Part shown: one piece after another, positions 1-11,721 of the stretch
Layout: the number at the start of each line of letters is the position of its first letter
Numbering within the stretch: position 1 is the first letter of the stretch
Notes under the pieces: generated by a model
The model's input: only the letters and a program-made list of their open reading frames with translations
Databases searched by the model: none
What the model was told of the DNA's origin: nothing
Made by a program: the position numbers and the translations under genes
NCBI RefSeq assembly: GCF_000150275.1
Contig: NW_002060946.1
Span: forward strand, 308,269-372,268
Direction: 5' to 3'
Length of the DNA stretch: 64,000 bases
Source: Trichoplax adhaerens
Taxonomy: Eukaryota > Animalia > Placozoa

Positions 1-30
1 AATGTTACAAGATTGATCGAATTGACTTAC

Positions 31-423
31 CAAATATTGAACTCTTGGCTTAAATTCTGGAATTTTCTTGCTCGTTGCCTGTGATTTATTACTATTGTAA
101 GGATTATAAGCTCCTGGACCGGGTGCTAGAGTTGTATTGTCGCCGAAGCGTTTGGTTGTATCTTTTAGTGAAGCTGCACCTTTAACACGTTCGCTACCGA
201 AGCGACTAAATTCATATTGGCCAGGCCCGGGCGTAGCGATAACGTTTTCTCCAACATCGAGAGCCGATTGGCGTGTTGTCATGGACGAAAATGGGGCATA
301 ACTGTCGACTTTTCGTTTAGCATTGGCTATTTCAGAGGTAGAATAGGATCCAGGGCCTACATTTACTGATGTACTGCCTACACTTTGAAGGAATTTGCGA
401 GGTGCTCGATCATAAACCGACAT
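31..423 (-). CDS. STPG2: Sperm-tail PG-rich repeat protein 2 (STPG2-like), first coding exon; gene continues off the left edge
   Basis: ATG at 423-421; translation MSVYDRAPRKFLQSVGSTSVNVGPGSY...APFSSMTTR...TPGPGQY...APGPGAY...RVQYL, then a GTAAGT donor at 30-25. It has PGPGxY (SHIPPO-type) repeats and the YDRAPR...VGPGSY N-terminus I recall from STPG2. Missing from the ORF track because the frame runs off the window. Confidence 0.85.
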
Positions 424-881
424 CTTTACTACAGTATGCTATACAATAATTTAACGTCCGCTAGGGTAATAATAAGATAGTGCTGGATAATTTTGTTGTG
501 AAGCAAGTTCAATTACGGCAATAACATGGACTTGAAGATATCCTTATATCGCAAATAATAATTGTACTGTGTCACCAAGGTAAAATGACACATGCACTTA
601 CAAGACAACGTTGGAATTGTCACTTTAATACCAAGGAATCGTTATGATAGCAAATTACGAGGGCAAACGAATCATGGACAACTGCTTAATGATCATCGAA
701 TTTAGCGTAATTTCTCTAGTAGTAACCAATAATGTTGACCAATTTGTAAATTACTTTTAACTTTTACCCTACAATGTAACTTTACTTGTAGCACTCTTAG
801 CATCAACAATAAAAGACTAATATTAATTACACTTTATGCAGTCTAATCGTTTTGGGGGTTTTTTTGACGATTGCTGTTGCA

Positions 882-895
882 GTTGTCATAGAAAC
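882..895. promoter_or_regulatory. RFX X-box upstream of STPG2
   Basis: GTTGTCATAGAAAC fits the X-box consensus GTHNYYATRRNAAC exactly, ~460 bp upstream of a ciliary-type gene. Confidence 0.65.
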
Positions 896-1209
896 CAAAA
901 GCTATTTGAGCAGATGTCTCTCTGTCGGGATTCCGAGTGTAATTGAGAAATGGATGAGTGGTTGCTATACAATACTATGCGTCGAACAATAGTCTGTAAA
1001 TAGTTGATTTACTATAGAGTAGAAGAGTACAAGCTACTTGGACTACAATACTACTACATTTTGGATCAGCTAAGATCACCACAAGACTGGTCAAAACCAG
1101 TATATATGGCCAAACAAACGTTAACCATACATCATTCAGTATAGCATATCACCAGCTCTCGTTATTTGATCACTGTGCGTGGTTTTGGCCCGTTTTTGCT
1201 GGCCAATGG

Positions 1210-1264
1210 CCATATGCAAATGAACAAGATTGGCTTTCCTTACTGTTTACCATATGCAAATGAA
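1210..1264 (+). promoter_or_regulatory. Duplicated E-box/octamer element upstream of arsC
   Basis: CCATATGCAAATGAA occurs at 1210-1224 and 1250-1264 (CATATG E-box overlapping ATGCAAAT octamer). A third octamer ATTTGCAT lies at 1499-1506, just before the ATG. Confidence 0.5.
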
Positions 1265-1507
1265 GCAGATGGTCATTAATTAGGCTAGCTTTGTATACAG
1301 TAGTAGCAATAATATAGCGTAGATAGGTTCGATTAATTATTGCTTCCAGAAGGTAAGACGTAGCTCGCAGACTAGTCAAACTCTGGTAGCTGCCTTGCTT
1401 TAGCAACAGAAGCCAAGCTGCGAAAGTTGGCACGGGCCCCTTTTGAGAATTTCCACACGTTAAAGTAATTGAGCAACTGAAAGCTTCAATATCACCATAT
1501 TTGCATC

Positions 1508-1930
1508 ATGTCTGCAAAACGCTCTGTTTTAGTACTCTGCACCGGCAATTCTGCTAGAAGCCAGATGGGCGAAGGTCTTATCAATGCACGCTTGGAAGGA
1601 TTTGAAGCCTATTCTGCAGGCACCCGTCCAGCACCACAGGTTAATCCTAATGCAATCGCTGCTCTTGCCGATATAGGCATCGATATTAGTAGCAATCGAC
1701 CCAAGTCCGTGGACGAATTTAAAGACCGCCGATTTGATTTTGTTATCACTGTCTGTGGCTCTGCTGATGCTAACTGCCCTGCTTGGATAGGCAAAGTAGG
1801 TAAAAGATGTCATATCGGTTTTGAAGATCCTTCTCATACACAGGGTACACCTAACGAGATACTGGATGCATTCAAAAAGACTCGTGACATGATTGAAGAT
1901 CAAGTATTTGCCTACTTGAGAAGCCAATGA
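1508..1930 (+). CDS. arsC: Arsenate reductase, thioredoxin-coupled LMW-PTP-fold type; single coding exon
   Basis: 140 aa. P-loop C11-TGNSA-R17-S, resolving pair C83/C90 (ITVCGSADANCP), SAGT and D107-P108 match the S. aureus/B. subtilis ArsC C10/C82/C89/D105 layout. Confidence 0.92.
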   Translation: MSAKRSVLVLCTGNSARSQMGEGLINARLEGFEAYSAGTRPAPQVNPNAIAALADIGIDISSNRPKSVDEFKDRRFDFVITVCGSADANCPAWIGKVGKRCHIGFEDPSHTQGTPNEILDAFKKTRDMIEDQVFAYLRSQ

Positions 1931-3614
1931 AATAGAAATATTGCATTGGCTACATCTCATGATATCAGTATCTTGTATAACTGCCATGCTACGATTGTAA
2001 AGCAACAGTAGTAGGCCAGTTGGTGAAACGATGATCGGATACTTTGGACGAACACGAAATTTCCACTAGCTATAACAGCACGCATAATTAATCCATATCA
2101 TCTTCATTGAGGATAATTTGATGCGTTGTTTTAACTTGCTTAGCACGTTAGCATAGCTAAGTACACCTACACTACAGGATATTAGGACGATGCTAGATTA
2201 AGATACGCCAATATTTATGATATGTACCTTTATAATTTCGTTTAAATTCTCCATGATATGCAAATCTGTTCGAATAGAGCAAATTCTTATCAAGTATCGG
2301 TAGCTATCAAAATTTTACTATGATAATTATTTATTTATTTATATCAGTAATCTGATGCCAGTTCATCACTGCAATATTGTAGCATCAGTAGCTTGTTGAC
2401 CGGTATAATAAATAGAAGCAATTGATTAAGTTGAGCGTGGCAATCATCATGAATCAACTTTGAATTCTCTTTAGCTGAAATTTATAATTCTTAATCAATT
2501 TCCTGGTGTTTGCACATTGATTCTTCTTCTCTTACGGTACATCGCAAGCACGAGCTCAATATTGAGCAAAGCATGCAAACTCCATGGAATCGCCGACAAA
2601 GTTGCACCATTCAGGGAACTGTTGTGTTCTGTCAAACAAAAGTTATCTCAAAACTTCATTCATGAGAAAAGTGCTGCTAGTAAATAGCACTATTTTATAC
2701 TCGATTCTTTAAAGTACTGCATATGAAGGTTTTAATCATAGCCAACACTGTCAAATGAGCTAGTAATGCTTACTTGGCTGATATTTACTTACGAGCTAAG
2801 CCCAGAATGGAACCATTTCTTAATCGATTTCGATTCATATTTTACGAATAAGATTAGTAGATGCAGTGCTTAAATATAACTGAATCTCGATCTCCTAGTT
2901 ATCGTATCTAACTTTGGGATGATATTCAATTTATTGAGGGTATAGTGATACACTAGTTCTAACGCTACCATTGCTATCTCTAATGCAGACTGCAGCCCTG
3001 GGAAAGCAGCATAACTTAGCCAAGTCATATTAACTACAGATTTAAAGGCAGAGCTATTAATACATCCAACCCGAACTGCCTGCGATCGAAAAATAGACCT
3101 GTGATCCATTCATGGCCAGTCTTGGTCGTCAGCATTAACAGTGGAAGAAGAGAGAGGATATCAATCCGCCATGATTTCCAGTCATTTCCTGGATTGAGCA
3201 GTACTACCAGCTCCATTCATGTGTCCACTCCATAGTACTTTGACTATACCGAGCGGTACCCCGTCATACTATATTCTATACTATACCATACTAAAGCAGT
3301 ATAGCTACTCGTTCATCGTCGGTTATGCTTATACAATTTCCTACAATGGTGTCGTCACAGTCAGTGGACTAACCGGAGTAGGACAGCAGTAATGAAGAAA
3401 TCGATGGAGGCAATGCTGCTGCAAATTGCCTTCCAACGTCGTAATTCCTCCATACTACTGAAATTGTAATCCTACTATCTATCAAGCCTTGACTCTTCTC
3501 TATTACTGTTCTTATGATTACTGTATAAAGGCTATAGTTTAGCAGTCAGCCTCTATTTTAACCAATTCCCCTCTTATACTACCGATTGGCGTCGACCTCA
3601 AAAAGTTACCAGTT

Positions 3615-6187
3615 ATGCCATTAATTATCATCACCGGTTTCCCATGTAGTGGCAAGAGCCTTCGAGCCCAGCAATTAATAGATTATATCAATGAAAATCA
3701 TCCTGATTATGCCGATCATATTCATCTCATTAGTGATCATAACCAAATGGTTGATAGAAATAAAGCTTACGAAGGTAGTTAATTGATATCATTCTTTAAA
3801 TGGACATCCTGTTTTGTATAATTTCGCATGCTTGACTACAGCAATAATATACCAGTAAAGCTTCTTATTTAGACTCTTATGTATTATAGTAAAATATGGT
3901 ATCTTGAAAGAACAATTTTAAAGATAATTACTGATGTCAATTCTCTTTCATGATCTAGCTTCAAATGCTGAAAAATCGGCTCGAGGCCATTTAAAAGCCG
4001 CAGTTGAAAGGTAAGCATGCCATCGGAATAGCACTACGCGAGAACTATACAGTCTAATGCTACTACCTATCATGCAAATCGATGCCTTGATATTGACTAT
4101 GAATACTCTTGATTTACTTTTAAATGAGTTTAATGGCACAAATATTAACTAATGACGTATATTTTGGTCCTATAGGATAATTTCAAGCAAGGAAATTGTC
4201 ATTCTTGATTCATTGAATTACATCAAAGGTATACTGTACTATGTCCACTCTACACGTACATAGTAGATAGGCAATCCTATACAAGAGCAAAAATTTCTAT
4301 TCTCTGCTACAATTACTTGCCAACTTATTTCATTTATACACGTAAATTTCATTGGTAATCATAGAAATACGCTCTTTAAAACATTCTTCACTAGAACCGT
4401 ATGATTTATCAACCTTGCCATAAGTTCGATATCCTCTAATAAATATTCAACACGAACGAATAGGATTTCACTACGAACTATATTTACTAGAGTTGTATGA
4501 TTGATCAACCTCATTACCTGTTAGACCTTCTCTAATAAATATTCATCTCGAATGAATCAGGATTTCGCTACGAACTATATTGTATTAGCAAGTCTGCCAA
4601 GACAACTCATTGCGTGGTAAGGTTATTTAAAGCAGGATCTGTAATACCGTAGATGCATTGTGAACGTTAAAAGCGTTCTCTGCTAAGCATTTTAATACGA
4701 TCGATTCGATTGGTGCTCACCAATCATAAATTAGATTTATATCCAGTGAAAATCAATCAACTAATGTCTAACTAGGCCATGATATTATGAACGTAGTATA
4801 ATTATTTAGTTTTATAGTATGCCTAACGTCTGTGATGACATATCCACAGATATTTTGCGCTGTAACGAAAGATCAAGTAGAAGATTGGAATAGTAAAAGA
4901 GATAATGACCAGCAATATCGTAAAGATATGTAAGTATTAGGCCTTACTTTGTAGTATACTGTAACCTTCTGTAGACTAAATATCAACTGCTGCGATAGGT
5001 ACTCGTATTAAGTAATTGTACTTTTGTAGTTACTATATTATACTTATAGCATCTTCTATCTTACATAGCCTAGATGCATTAGTAATGAGGTATGAAGCAC
5101 CTGATCCTCGAAATCGTTGGGATTCACCTCTTTTTGTAGTTCAGGTACATTAATTCTGGCTAAGCATAAAAATTTAACTTTTATAAAAGATATATGGTAG
5201 AAATACTTGAAGTGGATAGATGCATAAATTGTATTGGTCTATTCGAAAACAGGAACTAGATCAACTGCCATGTCAAACTATATGTGATGCATTATTTCAT
5301 CGAAAACCACCTCCGCCAAACCAATCTACTCAATGTGTAATCACATTCAATAAATTTTTACTACACTAGATAATTATCCATACTAATAGAAGAAAATGAT
5401 AATGTGATGAATAATTCCAATGTGAAAACGTATAACGGTTTATTATGTCTTGTTGTAGCAACCATTATCAACAAATAATTTATTGTTCGAAATGGAGAAG
5501 ATTACCATGGATATGATCACGGTACATTGACATTATCTCAATCTTGCTAACATTTTTGGTACTTATCTCCGTTTATATTTTATATCAGATGGTTATATAC
5601 TATTGAATTACACTGAAAGTTAATGTGATAACTTGTATCATTTACACTTTAAGAAATCTTTTTGTACTACTTTAATCCCTATTTATATTATAGACAATAT
5701 TCCAACAGCAGAACAAACATTTGCCCGGTGAAGAATTAGTACTTCATCCAAAATCAAAAGAAAAAATATCCTTTACAGTTGAGTTTATTAAAGTCGTAAT
5801 GACTTGCAAATAATCGCTACAACCTAAATATACAATTACGATTAATATATCCCACTTCTGCATTAGCTTACAATTTTTTATTCTACACGTACACTGCATA
5901 TGGTAGAAGTATAATCATGAATGTCACTGCGGTGTTAAGGGTTAACTTAAACTATCATGTACACATTTGTAATATGCCAATAATCTTGAAAATGCAGTGC
6001 TATAATTTTTAAAGTCGTATTGTTTCTCCTTAACCATTCTTACTTCAAATTTACGGAACGATTGTCCATGCCAAAGCTACAGCAAATTCGTCGTCAATTT
6101 ATCGTTCAGTACAAAAATCGGCCTCCAAGTGACGCGTCTCAATTAGGGGAAATGTTCATTAAATTTTTGAATATGCAATTATCCTAA
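3615..6187 (+). CDS. KTI12: KTI12 (Elongator-associated P-loop protein), 10 exons
   Basis: MPLIIITGFPCSGKS...; IVILDSLNYIKGFRYELYC; MRYEAPDPRNRWDSPLF; KPPPPNQST; LQQIRRQFI...FIKFLN. Approximate exons: 3615-3774, 3959-4010, 4176-4228, 4561-4616, 4850-4929, 5069-5144, 5253-5336, 5459-5521, 5694-5765, 6044-6187. Confidence 0.95.
4432..4581 (+). repeat. Local duplication of the KTI12 exon-4 acceptor region
   Basis: ctctaataaatattca...gaatag|gatttcactacgaactatatt (~4434-4484) parallels ctctaataaatattca...gaatcag|gatttcgctacgaactatatt (~4530-4581). Confidence 0.75.
5766..6043 (+). other. U12-type (minor spliceosome) AT-AC intron in KTI12
   Basis: 5' site ATATCCTTT at 5766, branch site TCCTTAAC at 6027-6034, terminal AC at 6042-6043. 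Removal joins ...SKEK|FKFTERL... in frame. Confidence 0.92.
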
Positions 6188-6543
6188 TATTGTAGTTTTA
6201 CTGACCATGTGTCTTCAGGACACAAATGGAGAGATTGTTTTAAATTAAAAATTACCGTAATTTTTTTTTCGAAAAATTGGATAAGACAATCGCGATCAAC
6301 ATTTATAAAGTTCTTAATCGTATTTTATTATCAATTCAAGGTGGAAAAGCTTAAAGTTTAAAATGAAATAAAAGTTATTTAAAAGTTAATGAATCTACCA
6401 TGCGAATAACCGTATTAACATCATCACCGACAAAACTGCCTTTGAAAAAAGTATTACATACGTAATAGTAGCAATATCCAAATCACAGAGATGTTTTAAC
6501 AGTAATAGTATTTACATAAGATTCATGGAAATTTCGAAAGGTA

Positions 6544-9500
6544 TTAATTTTCTTCTTCTCCAATTATACTCATACTAAGAGCAAGATCCCAATAATGCTC
6601 AACCCCGTACTTTTTTAAATGTTCACGGGCTGCAATTTCAGTAGTAAACGATTTAAATCTCCAATCATTAAATGCTTTCTCTTTAACTTGCCCCTGTAAA
6701 TTAAGAAAATAATGCTTACGCCATCGATCTAGGGTTTAAGACAATACAACTTCAAAAATGTTTCATGAATTACCTCCCAAATAAGGCAACACTTATTCCG
6801 TCTTTCTTCCGATTTATTACTATCTTGTTTCGCTTTATTACAGAAACAGAAAAAAATATTACCGATCGCGATTGATTCTAATGCAAATTTTAAGAATGAA
6901 ATAATACCAATGACGTCCTCATTCCATTTGATGCGATGTAACATCAATCGTTTATACTTTTTCAGACTCTTTGGTCCTATAACACATTTATACGTTCAGA
7001 TGTAAGCAATATATCTCACAAGTGCTAAATTTTTTTATTCTCTTTATTTTCAAACCTCCTTCAACAATAACTATGTTGATATCTTTAAACATAACCACAC
7101 ATCCAGTTAACAAAAACTGCTGAGCATTGGCATCAACTTTATATCGCTTTGATTGGTTATTCAAACTGTAAACTCTGTTAACATAAAAAGATGAAGTTTT
7201 AATATTTTCAAAGTCAATATTCAAAGACGATGATACTCATAATGATACCTATAAACGGATACATGACATCCAGTATTCATATCGTCCTTTAGCTTGCGTA
7301 TCTTTTTCTCGCGTTTCTGTTCTGAAGTTAGTTTTCGAGCTGCGTTTGCAGCCTCATGAACTCTAGAAGTAAGAATAGGCAGAATCAAAGGAATTAATTT
7401 AGTGCTTAAACCAATGTACGAGCATCGATAAGTCATTTAGAATGTACATTTAAGAATTGAATGGAAACAAACGTTACAGTATTAATATCGGCCATTATCA
7501 GTTTACCGTTGACGTTGCACCATCTGCTTTCTAACATGAGCTTCAACTTTTGTTGGATCTTGAATGGCTTCGTTACCAAGGACGCGCATTAAGTTACTTA
7601 ATTTCACTACGAAAATAATAAGAAACCTTAATCTTTCTCCTGAAACCTGGTTATATTTAATGCAAGGATATACTACGAATCCGAAGGTCAAGATTTTACC
7701 TTTAGGCTCAGGAGGAGCGACTGCTCCCAATCTTACTCTCTCTTGCTTTTCTGCTTCAATATCTTTCCTTTTTTGCCTTCTTATTTTCTTTCTTTCCTGC
7801 AAGAAAGAAAGAAATATGACTGTTACTAACGCTTGACATGTAATTACTAAATATGCTACAGCTGATGAATGAAATTGCTGACATTAGGTATTTATCAAGA
7901 AATTATCTCTATCTATTTTTCACTCCATTCATGATATGAGATTGTTATCTTGGCAGTACAGTACTACAGTCTTACTATAATATACCACAATCTAATACAT
8001 TTTTAACAAGTAGTCAAATTTAAATATGATAATTCTGTCAAGTAAAATCAAATGCGCACATATTATAATAAGAAATTATAGTAGCATCGCTTCTGTTAGA
8101 TTATGCTTATAAATTAATAACTCTAGAAATTTTGATAATTTAAATGTTTAGATTTAGCCAAAACAATAATTTTATACTATTGATTGTCTGACCTTTTTAG
8201 TCAAATAAACTTTCGGAGCAATTTGTTCTGGTTGATCACCTATAACAAATCATCTTAGGTCATTGTAATAATAGTGAAAAATATTATTACAACCGAATGC
8301 AATATCTACCGGGAATTTTAACACTAGGAGGGTGTTCCACTAGCTTGGTAATAGCGCGAAATTCTACTTCATCCGATTCAATGAGTTCAACATCATTGTA
8401 ACTATCAAAGCAATGGAATACAATTAAAAATCAGAGTATAAAATTGAAAGAAACTATAAAGTTACATATATTTATCGTTCCTAAAAAATAATTATCATTG
8501 CCTTTCATTGGGTAGAATTAACGAATCCCACCATTCCACATCAGGTATCAGATCATCTTGGAGCTGTAGAAAATGTGCATTTATTGCAAGCATTTATTGT
8601 AGTTCATTAGCGATCATAATACGAATAAAGATAGTGCATAATAAGCATTACACAATAAATAGTTCAAATGTTTACGTACAGCTTCTTTATGAGGCACAAG
8701 CATAGCAATCTTTGTTGCAGACGAAATGCCTGTTTTCTGAGCAACGGAAGCAATTTCATTCTTTAATTTTTCTAATTTTTCCTATACGAGAGAGAGTTAC
8801 CATGAGTAGGGCTTTAATACAAAAAAATAAACTTTGTATCAACAGCTAACCTTCGCACGCAATTGCTGAGCAACCCTTTCAAATTTGCCTTGCTCATGAA
8901 ATTTAAATGACCGTCGATTACGAGCACCCATAGTGATACTAGAACGATATTATAAATAATTGATTTATTTGAAGTGATCATAAAGCATTAACCTCATAAG
9001 TCAGAAATAGTACGAACTTAACACGTGGGTCAAAAAAACTTTTATTTTCTAGGTTATCGTCGATCTTATCAGTTTTAAATTGTTCAACTTTTTTGGCTGT
9101 GATATTTGCCTATAAGTAAAAAATTGATAACGCAAGATATTACTATTATGTTGTCAACTATAGCGTATCAGCAGTAAAGGTACTAGTTAAAAAGGTCAGT
9201 ATCAACATGTAGTCATACTTTCAATGTTGGCATTCGTCGAGTCATTTGTATAGCTTTACCGCTTGCATCAACGATTCGACCTTCTTTATCTAATATTACA
9301 GATTTCGGTCTACGCGTATAGAATTCCAATTGAAATTAGTATCATTCATTTGTAAGAATAGGTAGAAGGGTTTTATCTAATTATTAAATATGCAAATTGT
9401 ACTTTTGATCCACGACGGGAAGTGATTTATTCCTAAAATTGAAGTATATTATTGTATAAGTACAAATGAGAAAAAAATAGAAGCGATATAAATATACTAT

Positions 9501-11378
9501 GTTATACTTCTTACATTTCAAATCCTGGCGCAATTGACTTGATAGTCTGAAGCTGATCACCATACGAGAAAATAGTTATCGTTCAATCAGTATTAGTTAT
9601 TTAATAAATACAGTATGAAATTATTATCGTAGTAATTTAATGCCATTTTACATACAAGTCATCACCGCTCTATGCGTACTTACTAAATCAGGTTTGTTAC
9701 TGAATTGTTGTTGTATTTTAGCTTGAAGTTCGGCGGCTTTACGAGCTTTGTCAATAGCATCCTTAGCTAATTGCAGAGGTTGTCCAGCTAAAGGACCGCT
9801 CTATATAAGCGTGTAATGAAAGCGAAGATTGAGTATCTAAATTATTTGTAAGTATAAGTTAGCAGGTAGTTTAATTGAAAATTTAACGTTATTTTTCTTC
9901 TTGAAATTTTAGCTATTATCTCAATCGATTTTATAAAATGATGTTAGGCAATTGTAGTATGTTTTCGTCGATTACTAATAATTAGCCTTGAATGAATCAT
10001 GTCAACTGCTTTGATATAATGATGTTGACTGACCCTACTCTCTACTCGGCTATTATAGATTCAATTTGAAATCATTATCTCAAGCGATAATTATAAAGTG
10101 ATACTCGCTAACTGTAATATGTTTTCAGTCACTAACGATTAACCATAAATAATCATCTCAACCGATTGGATCAAATTCTATACGCTGACAGTAATCTATT
10201 TTCGGTTAGGGACGATTAACCACGAAGTAATCATCTCAACCGGTTAGGTAAAATTTCATTGGCTGACTGTACTCTATTTTCGGTTATTATCTTCTTTATT
10301 TAAAATGACTAACATTTGTTGGATGTGCTTGGGTCGCCACTGGCTGCGGTATAGGGCCTTGAAGTTGCTTCTTTCTTTCCTCGATTTGCCTTTTGGTTAT
10401 TTCCATTAGATTTTTAATCTGCACAATAAAATATTACAAAATTAATATGATTTACGTTTCTCAATCTGTGCCAATGCAATTGAGATCTGCGAAACAACTA
10501 TCTACAAATACAATTGTTTGAATTAGGTGAAAAAAAGACTAAAGAATCGTTTTATACTATCTGATGTAAGGGGGGCTACCTGCATCTTGCTTAATTCGGC
10601 TGGACCTTCCGTAGCGGGTGGTGGTAGTGGAGGACTATCAGGTCTTAAATCTGATGGATCGAATCTAATTGGCAAATCCGTACAGCAAAAGACAAATAGA
10701 GGCTATTATTTACCCAATGATACTACGTATTAGAACATTAGTTAAGTTGACAGTTGTCCGTCAATATCCAAGCTAGCCGATGTCTAAGTTCGATGATGAT
10801 AAAAAGTTGCAAACATACCTCTTTGGCTTCTTAATTGCTTGCCTTTGATCACTGGTATATTCATCAGCATCGTCTTGGCCGAAGACGTCCTACACAAATA
10901 TGAAAATAGTTAAGAGTGTCTTTATGACGGTATTTCTTTTACTTTTTTAACCAACACAGTTTGCCGTAAGCCATTTTCTACCCTCACAATGACTACTGGT
11001 TACTACTACAGCATTTCTATTGTTACGACTACGAAGGCTGATTCATTTTATCCTTGCAAAGGTAATGCATTCATTAGACATTCAAGTTCCAACGACAGCC
11101 AAGGATTCAATCCAGTCATTAGGATAAATCAATCGCTCAAGTTCATGTCTTAAAGCATTTCCTTTACACTCATCACAGAAAGCGATTGATGCTACTGTAC
11201 ACCATGCCATCAACATACACCGAATAAAAGTGCAAAGTACAGTATAGTGCAAGCATGATCATACAACTAACTCTCCATCATCCTCCATGCATCATCCATC
11301 GGAAATGATGGAGTTTACCTTGATTGTTCGTTTGCCGTCCTCTTTCAATGGTGGAGGCTTTCTCACTTTGGATGACAT
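6544..11378 (-). CDS. PRPF3: U4/U6 snRNP protein Prp3, multi-exon
   Basis: Exons give [92 protein letters not shown] and EHYWDLAL...EEEN* (stop 6546-6544). The proposed start [10 protein letters not shown] at 11378 is less certain. Confidence 0.93.
10135..10285. repeat. ~80 bp tandem duplication in a PRPF3 intron
   Basis: acgattaacca...taatcatctcaacc...ctattttcggtta occurs twice in tandem. Confidence 0.8.
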
Positions 11379-11721
11379 CTTTTAGTACTGTATGTTGGAA
11401 GTGAAGACGATCGTCTATTTTACAATATCAAGGCCAAGGGTAAAATGGGTTGTAACCAAGCGTTTTATTAGTCGATTCACTATCCAACGAACTAAATGAA
11501 TCGTCTTAGCGAGCTGAAAGTAAAATCAAGATGTCGACTGGCTGCAAGATTGGATTAGGCAGCTTGCGGCGCGTACCAGATCTAGTCCAGTACACCAAGT
11601 AGAGCTGGGAAATTGTGCCTACTGTAGCCTCCAGTCTTGAACGTGTTGAACATTGCCATTACATAGTGGATAGTACTCTGCCACAGTATACAGTACAGTA
11701 CTGTACACTGAATGAGTCTGG

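Noticed and set aside
1508-1930. arsC as an ordinary eukaryotic LMW-PTP (ACP1) or part of an ars operon
   Set aside because: It lacks CLGNICRS/DPYY and has the ArsC resolving Cys pair; no other ars genes are adjacent.
1529-2005. 158-aa and 61-aa minus-strand ORFs over arsC
   Set aside because: Antisense shadows of arsC with no recognisable motifs.
3098-3230. Frame with three in-frame TGA codons (possible selenoprotein)
   Set aside because: No redox-motif context, no recognisable family and no SECIS that I could identify.
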